A DNA stretch of 64,000 nucleotides from Devosia sp. (GTDB lineage Bacteria; Pseudomonadota; Alphaproteobacteria; Rhizobiales; Devosiaceae), in contig NZ_JAQGJL010000199.1 of the NCBI RefSeq assembly GCF_028290645.1, forward strand, positions 523-64,522. Reading direction: 5' to 3'. Of this stretch, positions 53,714 to 64,000 are shown one piece after another. Made by a program: the position numbers and the translations under genes. Position 1 is the stretch's first letter, and each line of letters starts with the position of its first letter. The notes beneath the pieces are model-generated. The model saw only the letters and a program-made list of their open reading frames with translations. It had not been told where the DNA came from and did not search any database.

Positions 53714-54598
53714 TCAGTTGTAGTGGACGCGCCGTTCGACCCATTTGAACTGGACGAACGTGAGGCCGATGACGAGCAGCATGAGAACGATCGACTGAGC
53801 AGCAGCGCCCGAATAGTCGAGGCCTTTGAACCCGTCGAAATAGATCTTGTAGACCATCACTTCCGTCTGCCCGATCGGGCCGCCCTCGGTCATCACGTCG
53901 ATCAGCCCGAAGCTGTCGGTGAAGCTCGAAATGAGGTTCATGATGAGGAGGAAAAACGCTGTCGGGGCGATCAGCGGCAATTGCAGGTCGATGAGGCGCT
54001 GGAACGGCCGTGCGCCATCCATGGCGCCAGCCTCCGTGATCGAACGCGGGATCATCTGCAGCGCTGCGAGAAAGAAGATGAAGTTGTAGCCGATGCCGAG
54101 CCAGGCATGGCAGACGATCACCATGGCGAGGGCGTGGAAACCGTTGATCGCCGGGTTCCAGATGCCGGGCCATATCGCGTTGATCGAGCCGATCAGCCCG
54201 GATTCCGGCGCGAAGATGAAGCGGAAGGCGACGCCGGCGGCGGGCGCCGCGATGGCGTAGGGCCAGACATAGACCGACTGGAAGAAACGGGTGCCCTTGA
54301 GCGAGCGGTCGACGAACGCCGCGAGCGTCAGCGCAACGGTCATGGAGAGGCCAGTGGTGACGATGGCGTAGAACGCGCTCCGCACCACCGTGGTCCAGTA
54401 TTCGCGGTCGCGGAAGATGGCGAGGAAATTGTCGAGCCCGACCCAGGTGTTTCCGCCGCCCCACGGCTGCTCGAGCGTGAAAGCCCAGTACAGCGCCTGC
54501 GTGGTAGGCCAGTAGAAGAACACGAGGACAAGGATCAGCTGCGGTCCGATGAGCAGCCAGGGCAGCCAGCCGTTGCGATAGTAGGCGCGACGTTCCAT
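53714..54598 (-). CDS. carbohydrate ABC transporter permease (UgpA/MalF-like)
   Basis: ATG at 54598 with GGAG RBS. SITEAGAMDGARPFQRLIDLQLPL EAA loop. Confidence 0.9.
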   Translation of the reverse strand: MERRAYYRNGWLPWLLIGPQLILVLVFFYWPTTQALYWAFTLEQPWGGGNTWVGLDNFLAIFRDREYWTTVVRSAFYAIVTTGLSMTVALTLAAFVDRSLKGTRFFQSVYVWPYAIAAPAAGVAFRFIFAPESGLIGSINAIWPGIWNPAINGFHALAMVIVCHAWLGIGYNFIFFLAALQMIPRSITEAGAMDGARPFQRLIDLQLPLIAPTAFFLLIMNLISSFTDSFGLIDVMTEGGPIGQTEVMVYKIYFDGFKGLDYSGAAAQSIVLMLLVIGLTFVQFKWVERRVHYN

Positions 54599-54665
54599 TG
54601 GAGCTCCACCGGAATAAAGAGAGCGCACGGGCGGTATGGCCGCCCGTGCGTGGTTCAATCAGGGA

Positions 54666-56006
54666 TCAGAGCAGTTCCTGGCCGGCGTAGGTCGCCTCGA
54701 AGCGGCGGAGGATTTCGTTGCCCTTGGCATCGAATTCTTCGAGCGCCTGCTGCACCGGCACGTTGTTGAACAGCACGGCCTGGATGGTCTTGACCATTTC
54801 GGCGCGGATCGAGGCGTAGTTGCCGAGGCGGATGCCGCGGCTGTTTTCGGTCGGCGGGGTGGCGGTCAGCGAGGCAATGGCCAGCTCGCGGCCCTTGTAG
54901 GGGGCGGCGTCGTAGAAGCCCTTGGCCTTCATGGCTTCAAAGCCCGTATTGGTCACCGGGATGTAGCCGGTAACGGTCGACCACCATTCGGCCTGCTCGG
55001 GAGTGGCGAGGAAGGCGTAGAACGCCGCGGCGCCCTTGTACTCTTCGGCCGACTTGCCCTTGAGGGTCCACAGCGAAGCGCCGCCCACCAGCGAGTTGGT
55101 GCGGCTGAAGCCATCGAGCAGCGGCAGCATGGCGTTGGTCCAGTGCACGCCTTCCTTGGCCTGCTTGCCGAAGGTGCCGTGATCGGCAACCGACGACGAG
55201 GTGATCTGGCACTTGCCGTTGACGAAGGCGTCGTTGGCGGTCTCGCCGGCATCCTTGGACTTATGGACGAAGAGACCTTCGTCATACATCTTCTTGATCC
55301 AGGTCAGCTGGTCGACGAACTTGCCCTTCGACACCACCATCTCGGCGTTGAGGCCTTCAAAGCCATTGCCGTTGGTCGCGATCGGCTGGTTGTGGACGGC
55401 TTCGAACTGCTCGAACCACTGCCAGGCGCCGGCGGGGTCGAACGCCACCGGGCAATCATAGCCGGCGGCCTTCATCTTGCGGGCCACGTCTTCAACCTGG
55501 CTCCAGGTCTCCGGGATGCCTTCGAAGCCGACCTTCGCCAGCGCATCGGTGTTGTAGTAGATCTGCGCGGTCGAGGAGTTGAACGGCATCGACAGCAGCT
55601 CGCCCTTCGAGGTCGAGAAGTACGAGGCGATACCGGAGAAATAGTTGGACCAGTCGATCTGGTAGCCGTTCTCTTCCATCAGCTGACGAACCGGGACGTA
55701 GGCGTTCGACAGCATCAGGTCGAGCGTACCGGCATCGAAGATCTGGGTGATGGTGGGCTGCTTGTTGGCGCGGAACGCGGCGATCGTGTTCTGCAGGTTG
55801 TTGTCGTAATTGTCCTGGCTGACGCAGACGATCTCGTAGTCGGTCTGCGACGCGTTGAACGTCTTGCACATGTCCTGGATGCGTTCCGACAGGTCGCCGG
55901 AAAGGCCGTACCAGAACTCGAATTTTGTGGCGGCGGAGGCTGGCGCCGCGGCGAAGAGCGCGGTGCTCGCGAGCAACGTCGCGCCGAGAAGCATAGAGCG
56001 TTTCAT
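54666..56006 (-). CDS. ABC transporter extracellular solute-binding protein (family 1)
   Basis: 446 aa with signal peptide MKRSMLLGATLLASTALFAAAPASA. First gene of the SBP-permease-permease-ATPase operon. Confidence 0.9.
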   Translation of the reverse strand: MKRSMLLGATLLASTALFAAAPASAATKFEFWYGLSGDLSERIQDMCKTFNASQTDYEIVCVSQDNYDNNLQNTIAAFRANKQPTITQIFDAGTLDLMLSNAYVPVRQLMEENGYQIDWSNYFSGIASYFSTSKGELLSMPFNSSTAQIYYNTDALAKVGFEGIPETWSQVEDVARKMKAAGYDCPVAFDPAGAWQWFEQFEAVHNQPIATNGNGFEGLNAEMVVSKGKFVDQLTWIKKMYDEGLFVHKSKDAGETANDAFVNGKCQITSSSVADHGTFGKQAKEGVHWTNAMLPLLDGFSRTNSLVGGASLWTLKGKSAEEYKGAAAFYAFLATPEQAEWWSTVTGYIPVTNTGFEAMKAKGFYDAAPYKGRELAIASLTATPPTENSRGIRLGNYASIRAEMVKTIQAVLFNNVPVQQALEEFDAKGNEILRRFEATYAGQELL

Positions 56007-56160
56007 GTGAGAATCTCCGGGAGCGGGCCTCGCTTCAAGCGAGGGTCGGACCAGTAGACCCTGTCGTTAACGTTTCGATCTCAGGCGCGTGAATTGATCG
56101 TGACAATCACGTCGGGTTGCGGGCTATTCGGTGCGGACGGGATGGGCACCCCGTCACCGG

Positions 56161-56493
56161 TCAGGCAGTCCCGAGCTCGGCCCGCAACGACCTTGGGCGG
56201 GCAAGCAAGGCGATCACGCCAAAAATGGAAACCGCGGCGGCGCCAAGCGCGACCACGATCCACAAGGCGCCCCTGACCCCGGCGCCACTCATCGCTAACG
56301 CAAGCAGGAACGGTGCGATGGCCGAGGCGACTTGGCGGGCCGAGGATAGCCGGCCGAGCCGCGCCCCGTAGCGTTCGCCTCCGAGTAATTGCAGCGGCAA
56401 CGAGCCCAAGACGATGCTTGTAAGGCCGGAGCCGAGGCCGAACAGCAGTGCGAAGGCCAGCGCGCCCGCCAGTCCACCACGCTGAGGAGCAGG
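56161..56493 (-). pseudogene. C-terminal fragment of an MFS transporter
   Basis: The frame is open only from 56493. GLAGALAFALLFGLGSGLTSIVLGSLPLQLLGGERYGARLGRLSSARQVASAIAPFLLALAM looks like the last MFS helices. An in-frame TAG lies immediately upstream, followed by an AT-rich unrelated stretch. Confidence 0.55.
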
Positions 56494-56921
56494 CTACCGC
56501 CGTCGCGGACATCTCGGCGAAAAGAAGGTCGAGTGCTGACGTTTTATTGTCGATATCGAATATATTCGCCGCAATATGAGAGCACAGCGACCAAGCTGCG
56601 GACTCTTCGGCATTTTCCAAAGTCGTCAAAAAATTGTGAATAGTTACCATGGTGTGCCCGGACAATATCTAATTGTTGCTCCTGATCGCCAGTGCTAGCG
56701 TACACTCTCGGAGGTTGATTGCGGCGGCAACCGCCCTCTCTCCGCGCTTCATCTTAACTTAACGTCGGCCGCAGTCATGCGGCCCCCGTCTTCGGGATGG
56801 TCAATCGACCTCGAAGAGTGTTCGGCTGTGACCCCGAAACCTGGTTGGCGGATGCCGGCAGGTTGTTGCGGTCGAAACCGGACGCCTCCTGGAGACCCAG
56901 ACGGTAATCAAGGAGGATGTG

Positions 56922-58214
56922 ATGTCCCTGAATTCGCCCACCCCGCAAGAGCGTTTCCCCTCCTCTGCTACAGTGGCAACCACCCCGTTGCCGGCCGATG
57001 CAGCTCGAACCGAGGCAGCAACCGGCAGCTCGATCCGGCCGTTCACCGTGTCGTTCCCGGAAGCGGACCTCGCCGACCTCAGCAGGCGCATCGGGGCAAC
57101 CCGTTGGCCCGAGCGCGAGACGGTCGCGGATGCTTCCCAAGGCGTGCAGCTCGACACGATGAGGAAACTCGCCAGCTACTGGGAGAAGGACTACGACTGG
57201 CGGAAGGTCGAGGCCCGGCTGAACGCGCTGCCGCAGTTCATGACCGAGATCGACGGGCTCGACATCCATTTCATTCACGTTCGCTCCAAGCATGAGAACG
57301 CCCTGCCGATCATCATCACGCATGGCTGGCCGGGCTCGATAATCGAGCAGTTGAAGATCATCGCTCCATTGACCGATCCGACGGCGCATGGCGGGACGGA
57401 GGCGGACGCCTTCGACGTTGTGATCCCGTCGCTACCGGGTCACGGCTTCTCGGGTAAGCCGACGGCCCCCGGATGGACTCCGCTCACCATCGGCACGGCC
57501 TGGGCGGAACTGATGAATCGCCTCGGCTACATGAGGTACGTGGCCCAGGGCGGCGACTGGGGAAATGCCATCTCCGAGACGATGGCCCTGCAACAGCCGC
57601 CGGGCCTGCTCGGCATTCACACCAACATGGCTGCCACGGTTCCGCCCGAAATCTCGAGGGCATTGGCGCTCAAGGAGGCGCCGCCCGCCAGTCTCACGGC
57701 CGACGAGCGCAACGCCTGGGACCAGCTGGACTACTTCTACAACAAGGGGCTGGGCTATGCCGGGGAGATGAACAACCGCCCGCAGACGCTCTACGGGCTC
57801 TCCGATTCACCGATCTTCAACGCGGCCTGGATGATCGACCACGACATCCGCAGTTATGAGCTCATCACTCGCGTTTTCAATGGAGAGACCGAGGGACTGA
57901 CGCGGGATGACATCCTCGACAACATTACGCTCTACTGGCTTACAAACACCCCGATCTCCGCCGCACGCCTCTACTGGGACACTGCCCAGCTAGGAGGGAA
58001 AGGCGGTTTCTTCGATACCAGGGGGGTCCAGATCCCGGTCGCGGTCAGCGCTTTCCCCGACGAGATCTATGCAGCTCCGCAGAGCTGGGCACAGCAGGCC
58101 TACCCCAAGCTCATCTTCTACAACAAGCCTCCCAGAGGCGGCCACTTTGCCGCCTGGGAACAACCCGAGGCACTGGCCAGCGATCTGCGGGCCGGGTTCC
58201 GATCACTACGGTAG
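56922..58214 (+). CDS. epoxide hydrolase (EHN N-terminal domain + alpha/beta hydrolase)
   Basis: AAGGAGG RBS. IRPFTVSFPEADLADLSRRIGATRWPE...GLDIHFIHVRSKHENALPIIITHGWPGS is the microsomal-type epoxide hydrolase signature. Confidence 0.85.
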   Translation: MSLNSPTPQERFPSSATVATTPLPADAARTEAATGSSIRPFTVSFPEADLADLSRRIGATRWPERETVADASQGVQLDTMRKLASYWEKDYDWRKVEARLNALPQFMTEIDGLDIHFIHVRSKHENALPIIITHGWPGSIIEQLKIIAPLTDPTAHGGTEADAFDVVIPSLPGHGFSGKPTAPGWTPLTIGTAWAELMNRLGYMRYVAQGGDWGNAISETMALQQPPGLLGIHTNMAATVPPEISRALALKEAPPASLTADERNAWDQLDYFYNKGLGYAGEMNNRPQTLYGLSDSPIFNAAWMIDHDIRSYELITRVFNGETEGLTRDDILDNITLYWLTNTPISAARLYWDTAQLGGKGGFFDTRGVQIPVAVSAFPDEIYAAPQSWAQQAYPKLIFYNKPPRGGHFAAWEQPEALASDLRAGFRSLR

Positions 58215-58226
58215 GGAGTAACTCAA

Positions 58227-58988
58227 ATGTCGAACTTTGCGCGCCTGCTCTTCGGGGCAGCCCTGTCGGCCATGGTGGCTATCGCGGCTCCCGCCATGGC
58301 GGCCGATCCAAAGACCGTCATCCTTGTTCACGGCACCTTTGTCGACGGATCCAGCTGGAGCCGGGTGATCCCCTTGCTGCAGGCTGCAGGACTGCAGGTC
58401 ATATCCGTGCAGAACCCACTGACTTCGCTGGCAGACGACGTTGCCGCCACCAGGCGTGCCATGGAACGGGCACCGGGGGATGTCATCCTGGTCGGGCACT
58501 CATGGGGAGGCATGGTGATCACCGAGGCGGGCGTCGACGACAAGGTGAAAGCGCTCGTCTATGTCGCAGCCTTCGCGCTCCCCAAGGGACAATCGGTCAA
58601 CAGCGCCACTGCCGGTAGCCCGCCGGCGCCCTGGCTGGCCACCCTGACGCCGGACAGCGGCGGCTACCTCTGGGTCCCCGAGGAGGCGTTCGCGAAGTAC
58701 TTCGCCCAGGATGTCGATAAAAAGGAGGTAGCCGTAATCGCCGCGGCGCAGGTACCGACCCTGGGCTCCATTTTCGACGACAAACTGTCCCAGGCCGCCT
58801 ACGAGACAAAGCCGAGCTGGTACATTTCCCCAAATGCCGACGGGGGTATCCCACCGGCCGTGGAGAAGGCCATGGCTACCGCAATCAAGGCGAAGTTCAC
58901 CGAGCTCGATGGTAGTCACGTCATCATGCTGACCAAGCCCCGCGAAGTCGCCGACGTGATCATCGAGGCCGCGAAGTCGATAAAGTGA
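58227..58988 (+). CDS. secreted alpha/beta hydrolase
   Basis: Signal peptide MSNFARLLFGAALSAMVAIAAPAMA. VILVHG...LVGHSWGG nucleophile elbow. Confidence 0.8.
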   Translation: MSNFARLLFGAALSAMVAIAAPAMAADPKTVILVHGTFVDGSSWSRVIPLLQAAGLQVISVQNPLTSLADDVAATRRAMERAPGDVILVGHSWGGMVITEAGVDDKVKALVYVAAFALPKGQSVNSATAGSPPAPWLATLTPDSGGYLWVPEEAFAKYFAQDVDKKEVAVIAAAQVPTLGSIFDDKLSQAAYETKPSWYISPNADGGIPPAVEKAMATAIKAKFTELDGSHVIMLTKPREVADVIIEAAKSIK

Positions 58989-59261
58989 CCCGCCCACGTG
59001 ATTGACCGACGAAACAACCCGGCTCCCGCAAGGGAGTCGGGTTCAGGGACGCCATTATTCGACGTGCATGGCCTTGCATGTTCATCGAGTTGGACCGGCC
59101 GTCAATCCTTCAGCGCGCCAGCAAGAATGCCCTCGACGAGTTGATCACGGAGCTTGAGCCGCAGCGGCACGAGCGGCAACAGGATCAACACCCACCAGCG
59201 GGTCGTATGGGACCGCATTGACGTTGGGGGCGGTCGGGTTGGCCATAACTGTCGCCCCCCT

Positions 59262-60242
59262 TCAAGCGGGCCGCGTGCCCGCCTGGCTCAATGCCACAGC
59301 CAGGATGATGATCCCGCCGCGCGCGATGAGTTGCTGGGAATATTCGAGGCCCATCAGGATCAGCCCATTGTTGATGACGCCGATCATCAGCGCGCCGATG
59401 ATCGAGCCCACCACCGTACCCTTGCCGCCGAACAGGCTGGTGCCGCCCAGCACGACGGCGGCGATCACCGACAACTCGTCGCCCTCGCCCAACTGGAAGC
59501 GGCCGGTCTGCAACCGCCCGGCATAGAGCATGCCCGCCAGCGAGGCGGTGACAGCGGAAATGACGATGACCCAGAGCTTGATCCGGCCAGTGTTGATGCC
59601 GCTGTAGCGCGCCGCCACAACATTGCCGCCAACAGCCAGCACCTGCCGGCCGAACTTGGTGCGCCGCAGCACGACATGCCCGACGATGCCGACGGCCAGC
59701 ATCCAAAGCAACAGGGTCGGGATCGGCCCGATATTGCCACCGCCGAAAATGGCCGGATAGGTGCGGTCGAGGACCGGAATGGCGGCGGTTCCGGAGATCC
59801 ACATGGCCGTGCCCTTGGCGATCCCCATCATCGCCAGGGTGGTAAGGAAGGTCGGGATCATCAGCCGCGTTGACAGCAGGCCGTTGACCAGCCCGACGGT
59901 GACGCCGGTCATGATGCCCGCCGCGATGCCCGCGAGAAGGCCGCCCCAGGCGATGGCCATGGCGGTGGTGACCGAAGCCAGCCCTGCCACCGCACCGACG
60001 GACAGGTCAATCTCGCCCGACGACAGCACCAGCGTCATCGCCACCGCCATGACCGCGATCATGGCGGTTTGGCGGGCGATGTTGAGGATGTTGTTCGGCT
60101 CGAGGAACCCCTTGTCGTGGAGCGTCAGCGCGAAAAACAGGAACACCAGGACGAAGCCGATATAGATGATGTTCTGCCGCCAGGTGCGCTTGAAATAGCC
60201 CAACGGCGTTTCGCGCCCCGCCGCCGCCATGGTGTCAGACAT
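59262..60242 (-). CDS. sugar ABC transporter permease (CUT2, RbsC-like)
   Basis: 326 aa, about ten TM segments, typical BPD_transp_2 composition. 8-nt overlap with the ATPase gene. Confidence 0.9.
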   Translation of the reverse strand: MSDTMAAAGRETPLGYFKRTWRQNIIYIGFVLVFLFFALTLHDKGFLEPNNILNIARQTAMIAVMAVAMTLVLSSGEIDLSVGAVAGLASVTTAMAIAWGGLLAGIAAGIMTGVTVGLVNGLLSTRLMIPTFLTTLAMMGIAKGTAMWISGTAAIPVLDRTYPAIFGGGNIGPIPTLLLWMLAVGIVGHVVLRRTKFGRQVLAVGGNVVAARYSGINTGRIKLWVIVISAVTASLAGMLYAGRLQTGRFQLGEGDELSVIAAVVLGGTSLFGGKGTVVGSIIGALMIGVINNGLILMGLEYSQQLIARGGIIILAVALSQAGTRPA

Positions 60243-61776
60243 GGTTTCCTCCCCGCTGCACGATCATCTGCAGCTTCTGTTCGGCGCGCAGTTCGGCTGC
60301 ATCGCCGGTGTTGATCAAAAGGTCCGTCTTGTCGATCGTTTCCACCAGACGGCCACCAGACATCACGGCGATACGGTCGCTGACCGCCGCAAGTTCGGCG
60401 AGTTCGGACGAGATGAAGATGATGGATTTGCCCTCGGCGGCCAGCGCGCGCACCAACCGCAGCACTTCGCCCTTGGAGCCGATGTCGATGCCGGCGGTGG
60501 GTTCATCCATGATGAGGATGTCGGGAGCAGTCGCCAGCCACTTGCCGATGACTATCTTCTGCTGGTTGCCGCCGGACAGCGAATTGGCCGCCGCCTCGCG
60601 CGATGCCGTCTTGATGGCAAGGCGCTTGATCAATTCGTCCGTCGTGGTGCGCGACTTGAGCCGGTCGACGAAGGGCGTCGAGCCGAGGCGATCGAGGATG
60701 GGGAGTTCGATATTGTCCTGGATGGAATGGGCCAGCACCAGTCCCTGCCGGCGTCGGTCCTCCGGCACCAGTGCCAGGCCAAGTTCGATTGCCTGCCTCG
60801 CCGAGCCGATGGAGATTGTCTGGCCTCGCAGCGTTATCGTGCCGCCTGCGATGGGTTCGAGCCCGAACAGTATGCGGGCCAGCCGGCTGCGGCCTGCACC
60901 GAGCAGGCCGGCGATCCCGAGCACCTCGCCACGCCGAAGCGAGAAGCTGACATCACCGCCGCGACGCAACTTGCTGGCGAGATGCTCGACCCTGAGGATG
61001 ATGTCATCCTGCGCCGTCGATGCCGTCGTGAACTCGGACAGGTCGCGAGTGGCCTTGCCCATGATATCGGCGATCAGCGTCGGCAGGGTGTAGTCGGCAA
61101 TCGGACGGCTGTCGATCAGCCGGCCGTCGCGCAGCACCGTCGCATGGTCGGCAATGCGGAAAATCTCGTCCATGCGGTGGCTGACATAGATGATGGCCTT
61201 TCCCTCGCCCCGCAGGCGCCGCAGCAGCTCGAAGAGGATGTCCACCTCGCTCGCTGTCAGGGCCGACGTCGGCTCATCGAGCACCAGCACACCCGCATTC
61301 TGCGATAGGGCCTTGGCGATTTCGGTCAGTTGCTGCTGACCGGTCGACAGACCGGCAACGATGGCGGCAGGATCGACGCTGACCCCCATCGAGGCAAAGA
61401 TTTCGGCACTGCGCCGCTCCATCGCCCTGTCGTCGATCAGCCCCAGCGCAGTCAGCGGTTCGCTGGCGAGAAACACGTTCTGCGCCACGCTCAGCGTCGG
61501 CACCAGGCTCATTTCCTGGAAGATCATGCCGACGCCCTTGTGGCGGGCCAGTTGCGGAGAGAGATGCTCGAACACCTCTCCACCGACGGAAATGGTACCG
61601 CTGTCGGGCGCCTGAACGCCCCGCAGGATCTTCAGAATGGTGGATTTGCCGGCACCATTCTCACCGAGGAGCGCATGGATCTCTCCACCCCGCACACTCA
61701 GGCTCACCTCACGTAGGGCGTGGACGCCGCCGAAGCGCTTGGAGATGGCGTTCATCTCCACGGCGATTGGCTTCAT
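60235..61776 (-). CDS. sugar ABC transporter ATP-binding protein, duplicated ATPase (RbsA-like)
   Basis: ATG at 61776 (MKPIAVEMNAISKRFGGVHALREVSLSVRGGEIHALLGENGAGKST). Second domain has LSGGNQQK and MDEPTAGID. Confidence 0.9.
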   Translation of the reverse strand: MKPIAVEMNAISKRFGGVHALREVSLSVRGGEIHALLGENGAGKSTILKILRGVQAPDSGTISVGGEVFEHLSPQLARHKGVGMIFQEMSLVPTLSVAQNVFLASEPLTALGLIDDRAMERRSAEIFASMGVSVDPAAIVAGLSTGQQQLTEIAKALSQNAGVLVLDEPTSALTASEVDILFELLRRLRGEGKAIIYVSHRMDEIFRIADHATVLRDGRLIDSRPIADYTLPTLIADIMGKATRDLSEFTTASTAQDDIILRVEHLASKLRRGGDVSFSLRRGEVLGIAGLLGAGRSRLARILFGLEPIAGGTITLRGQTISIGSARQAIELGLALVPEDRRRQGLVLAHSIQDNIELPILDRLGSTPFVDRLKSRTTTDELIKRLAIKTASREAAANSLSGGNQQKIVIGKWLATAPDILIMDEPTAGIDIGSKGEVLRLVRALAAEGKSIIFISSELAELAAVSDRIAVMSGGRLVETIDKTDLLINTGDAAELRAEQKLQMIVQRGGNHV

Positions 61777-61787
61777 CGCCCTTTCTG

Positions 61788-62948
61788 TCACGGAATATCC
61801 ACCCATTGGCCACTCTCGCCCGAGCTCAGGATGGCGTCGGCGATGAGGGCGATGCGGTAGCCATCCTCGAAATTCGGCGATGGCTGCTTGCCCGTGACAA
61901 TGGCCGTGCAGAGATCGAAGCATTCGATGATCTTGGTTTCGCCATAGCCGATGCCGAGCGCCGGGATGGGCCAGAGGCCCGATCCATAGGGATGGGCCGG
62001 TCCAGTATAGACCGTGCGGAAGCCCCGCGCATCGCCGACGTCGTCGGCGAACATCACCTGCAGCTCGTCGCGCCGCTCGTAGTTGAAGGCCAGCGATCCC
62101 TTGGTGCCGTGGATCTCGAAGGTCAGGAAGTTGTTGCGCCCATAGGCATTGCGGGTGGCCTCGATCGAGCCGATGGCACCATTGGCAAACCTGATCATGG
62201 TCAGCATCTCGTCATCGACATCGACCGGGCCGCGTTCTGCATTCCTGTCACCACCGACGCCCAGCGTGTCGAGGCCACCCGATTGCCTGGGGCGGGTGGG
62301 GATATGGTTCTTGACCATCGCGTTTACCGAGGCGATTTCGCCGACCAGATAGCGGGCAAAGTCTATGACGTGCGTGCCGATATCCCCGACAGTGCCGGAC
62401 CCGGCCACCGATTTCTGAAAGCGCCAGGACAGCGGGCTGTCGGGGTCGGCGGACCAATCCTGCAGGTAGGTGCCGCGGAAGTTGAGAATGTCGCCAATGC
62501 GGCCCTCCTCGATCAGCTTCCTGGCCAACGCCACGGCCGGCGTGCGACGGTAGTTGAACGCCACCATGTGGATGGAACCGGACGCCCGGACGGCATCGAG
62601 CATGGTCCTCGACTCCACGCCGGTTCGCGCCAGCGGCTTCTCGCAGATGATGTGCTTGCCCGCCTTGGCGGCGGCGATGGCGATCTCGGCGTGCGAATTG
62701 TTAGGCGTGCAGATGTCGACGATGTCGATGTCAGGCCGTGCGACCACGGCGCGCCAATCGGCGGAGGCTTCCTCGAATCCGAAGCGGTCGCGTGCCGTCT
62801 CGGCCATCTGCTGGTTGACGTCCACGACCACCTTGCGCACCGGAATAGCGGGCGCCGGCCAGAAGAACATCGGCATGGCCGCATAGGCCATGGCGTGGGC
62901 CTTGCCCATGAAACCGCCGCCGATCATGGCGACATTGAGCTTCTGCAT
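61788..62948 (-). CDS. Gfo/Idh/MocA family oxidoreductase
   Basis: MQKLNVAMIGGGFMGKAHA Rossmann motif and ...HIICEKPLA. Confidence 0.9.
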   Translation of the reverse strand: MQKLNVAMIGGGFMGKAHAMAYAAMPMFFWPAPAIPVRKVVVDVNQQMAETARDRFGFEEASADWRAVVARPDIDIVDICTPNNSHAEIAIAAAKAGKHIICEKPLARTGVESRTMLDAVRASGSIHMVAFNYRRTPAVALARKLIEEGRIGDILNFRGTYLQDWSADPDSPLSWRFQKSVAGSGTVGDIGTHVIDFARYLVGEIASVNAMVKNHIPTRPRQSGGLDTLGVGGDRNAERGPVDVDDEMLTMIRFANGAIGSIEATRNAYGRNNFLTFEIHGTKGSLAFNYERRDELQVMFADDVGDARGFRTVYTGPAHPYGSGLWPIPALGIGYGETKIIECFDLCTAIVTGKQPSPNFEDGYRIALIADAILSSGESGQWVDIP

Positions 62949-63025
62949 TTTCTGTCTCGCTTATGGAAATGGAGCGCGGGGACGGTAAAGGGAGGGCCGT
63001 CCCCGCTTAGGTGCGGGAGGTGCAC

Positions 63026-64000
63026 CTAGTTCATGGAGTCACGGACCGTGGCTGGCGCCTCGGTGGAATAGACGGCCTTCCAGGCGTCGAGTAGGTTGGC
63101 CTTTTCGACCGGCAGCGCCGGCAAGGCGACGTAGGCAGGCGCGTCCTTGCCGAGCAGGCCATAGCCCGCGAGCCTTGCCTCGGTAACGCCCTGGTCGAAC
63201 GGCCGCTGGGCGCCCAGGCCTTTGATGAAGCCGCCACGCGCCATGTCGATCGCGACGTTCTCGCCCAGGTCGATGGTGGTGATGACGAGGTCGTCGCGGC
63301 CATTGGCGCGGGCCGCGGCGATCACGCCTTCAGCCGGCACGTCCCAGACCGCCCAGATGCCATCGATGTTGGGGTTGCCCACCATCATGGCCGAAGCGGC
63401 GCGGTCGGCGTCACCGGTGAAGTCAGGGCCGCCGATCCCCTGTTCGGCGACGATCTCGATATCGGGGTAGTTCTGTTGGATGGTGGCCTTGAATGCATCG
63501 TAGCGCTGGCGCGTCACGAAGAAGTCGGCGGCGTGGAATACGATGCCGATCTGGCCCTTCCCGTTGAGCGCCTTGGCCATGAGATGGGCGGAGGCAACGC
63601 CGTTACCGTAGTTGTCGGCCGAGACGACGCTGACATAGTCGGTGCCTGCAACGAAGCCGGCCGGGACATTGTCCATGAAGACCAGCTTGACGCCAGCCTC
63701 GGCAGCCTGCCGATAGGCACTCGCGGTGGCGGTCGGATCGGTCGGGATCGAGATGATGATGTCGGGCTTCTGGGCCAGGATGGTCTCGATGTCGGAGACC
63801 TGCTTGGCGGCGTTGAAACCGGCGTCGGTGGTGGCAATCACCTTGATGCCCATGGCCTCAAACTGAGTTTCGAGCCCGTTGATCTGGGCCTGGCTCCAGT
63901 CGTCGCCACCGTAGTGCATGACGATGGCGGCGGTGTCGCCCATGGCCTTTATCTTGGCCAGTTCGTCATCCGAAAGCTTGACCTCACTCGCCGAAACCGG
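63026..64000 (-). CDS. sugar ABC transporter periplasmic binding protein (RbsB-like), 5' end beyond window
   Basis: The frame stays open upstream of the listed ATG to the window edge (PVSASEVKLSDDELAKIKAMGDTAAIVMHYGG...). Periplasmic_binding_protein type-1-like. Confidence 0.85.
   Translation of the reverse strand, partial: PVSASEVKLSDDELAKIKAMGDTAAIVMHYGGDDWSQAQINGLETQFEAMGIKVIATTDAGFNAAKQVSDIETILAQKPDIIISIPTDPTATASAYRQAAEAGVKLVFMDNVPAGFVAGTDYVSVVSADNYGNGVASAHLMAKALNGKGQIGIVFHAADFFVTRQRYDAFKATIQQNYPDIEIVAEQGIGGPDFTGDADRAASAMMVGNPNIDGIWAVWDVPAEGVIAAARANGRDDLVITTIDLGENVAIDMARGGFIKGLGAQRPFDQGVTEARLAGYGLLGKDAPAYVALPALPVEKANLLDAWKAVYSTEAPATVRDSMN

Overview
High-GC, alphaproteobacterial (Rhizobiales-like) chromosomal segment, in four parts. 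(1) 1-5139: a small accessory island with short HTH-like genes, a stand-alone ATP-dependent DNA ligase, a secreted peptide plus an unknown 332-aa protein, and an orphan amino-acid-binding SBP. (2) About 5140-38220: a nearly complete siphovirus prophage, almost entirely on the minus strand. In transcription order it has a P4-type tyrosine integrase, an unknown gene, AlpA, unknown early genes, a Toprim primase, HNH, TerS, TerL, an HK97-type portal, protease and capsid, head-tail joining genes, an RcGTA-like tail module with a probable -1 frameshifted chaperone, tape measure, distal tail and host-specificity genes, three fibre-like proteins and a lysis cassette. It carries at least two conversion-type morons (a plus-strand acyltransferase-3 and an Omp25/31-like porin with its own terminator). 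(3) 38220-49200: a scar-rich accessory zone with a truncated prepilin peptidase, an AT-rich orphan toxin-tip/immunity-like pair, IalB, a roughly 2460-aa glycine-repeat autotransporter, a DUF3489/DUF2924 element stub and an SH3b/poly-Gly secreted protein. (4) 49400-64000: ordinary housekeeping or catabolic genes, namely two cNMP-binding proteins, a CUT1-type sugar ABC operon with a TIM-barrel isomerase, an MFS remnant, two hydrolases and a CUT2 (ribose-type) ABC operon with a Gfo/Idh/MocA oxidoreductase. I saw no tRNA, rRNA or CRISPR array. All family assignments come from motif recognition by eye, with no searches run. Start codons were refined from the ORF track using RBS and coupling context. 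I could not name one clearly novel system. The best unexplained candidates are the lysis cassette architecture, the integrase-proximal unknown genes, the orphan toxin/immunity pair and the ligase island.
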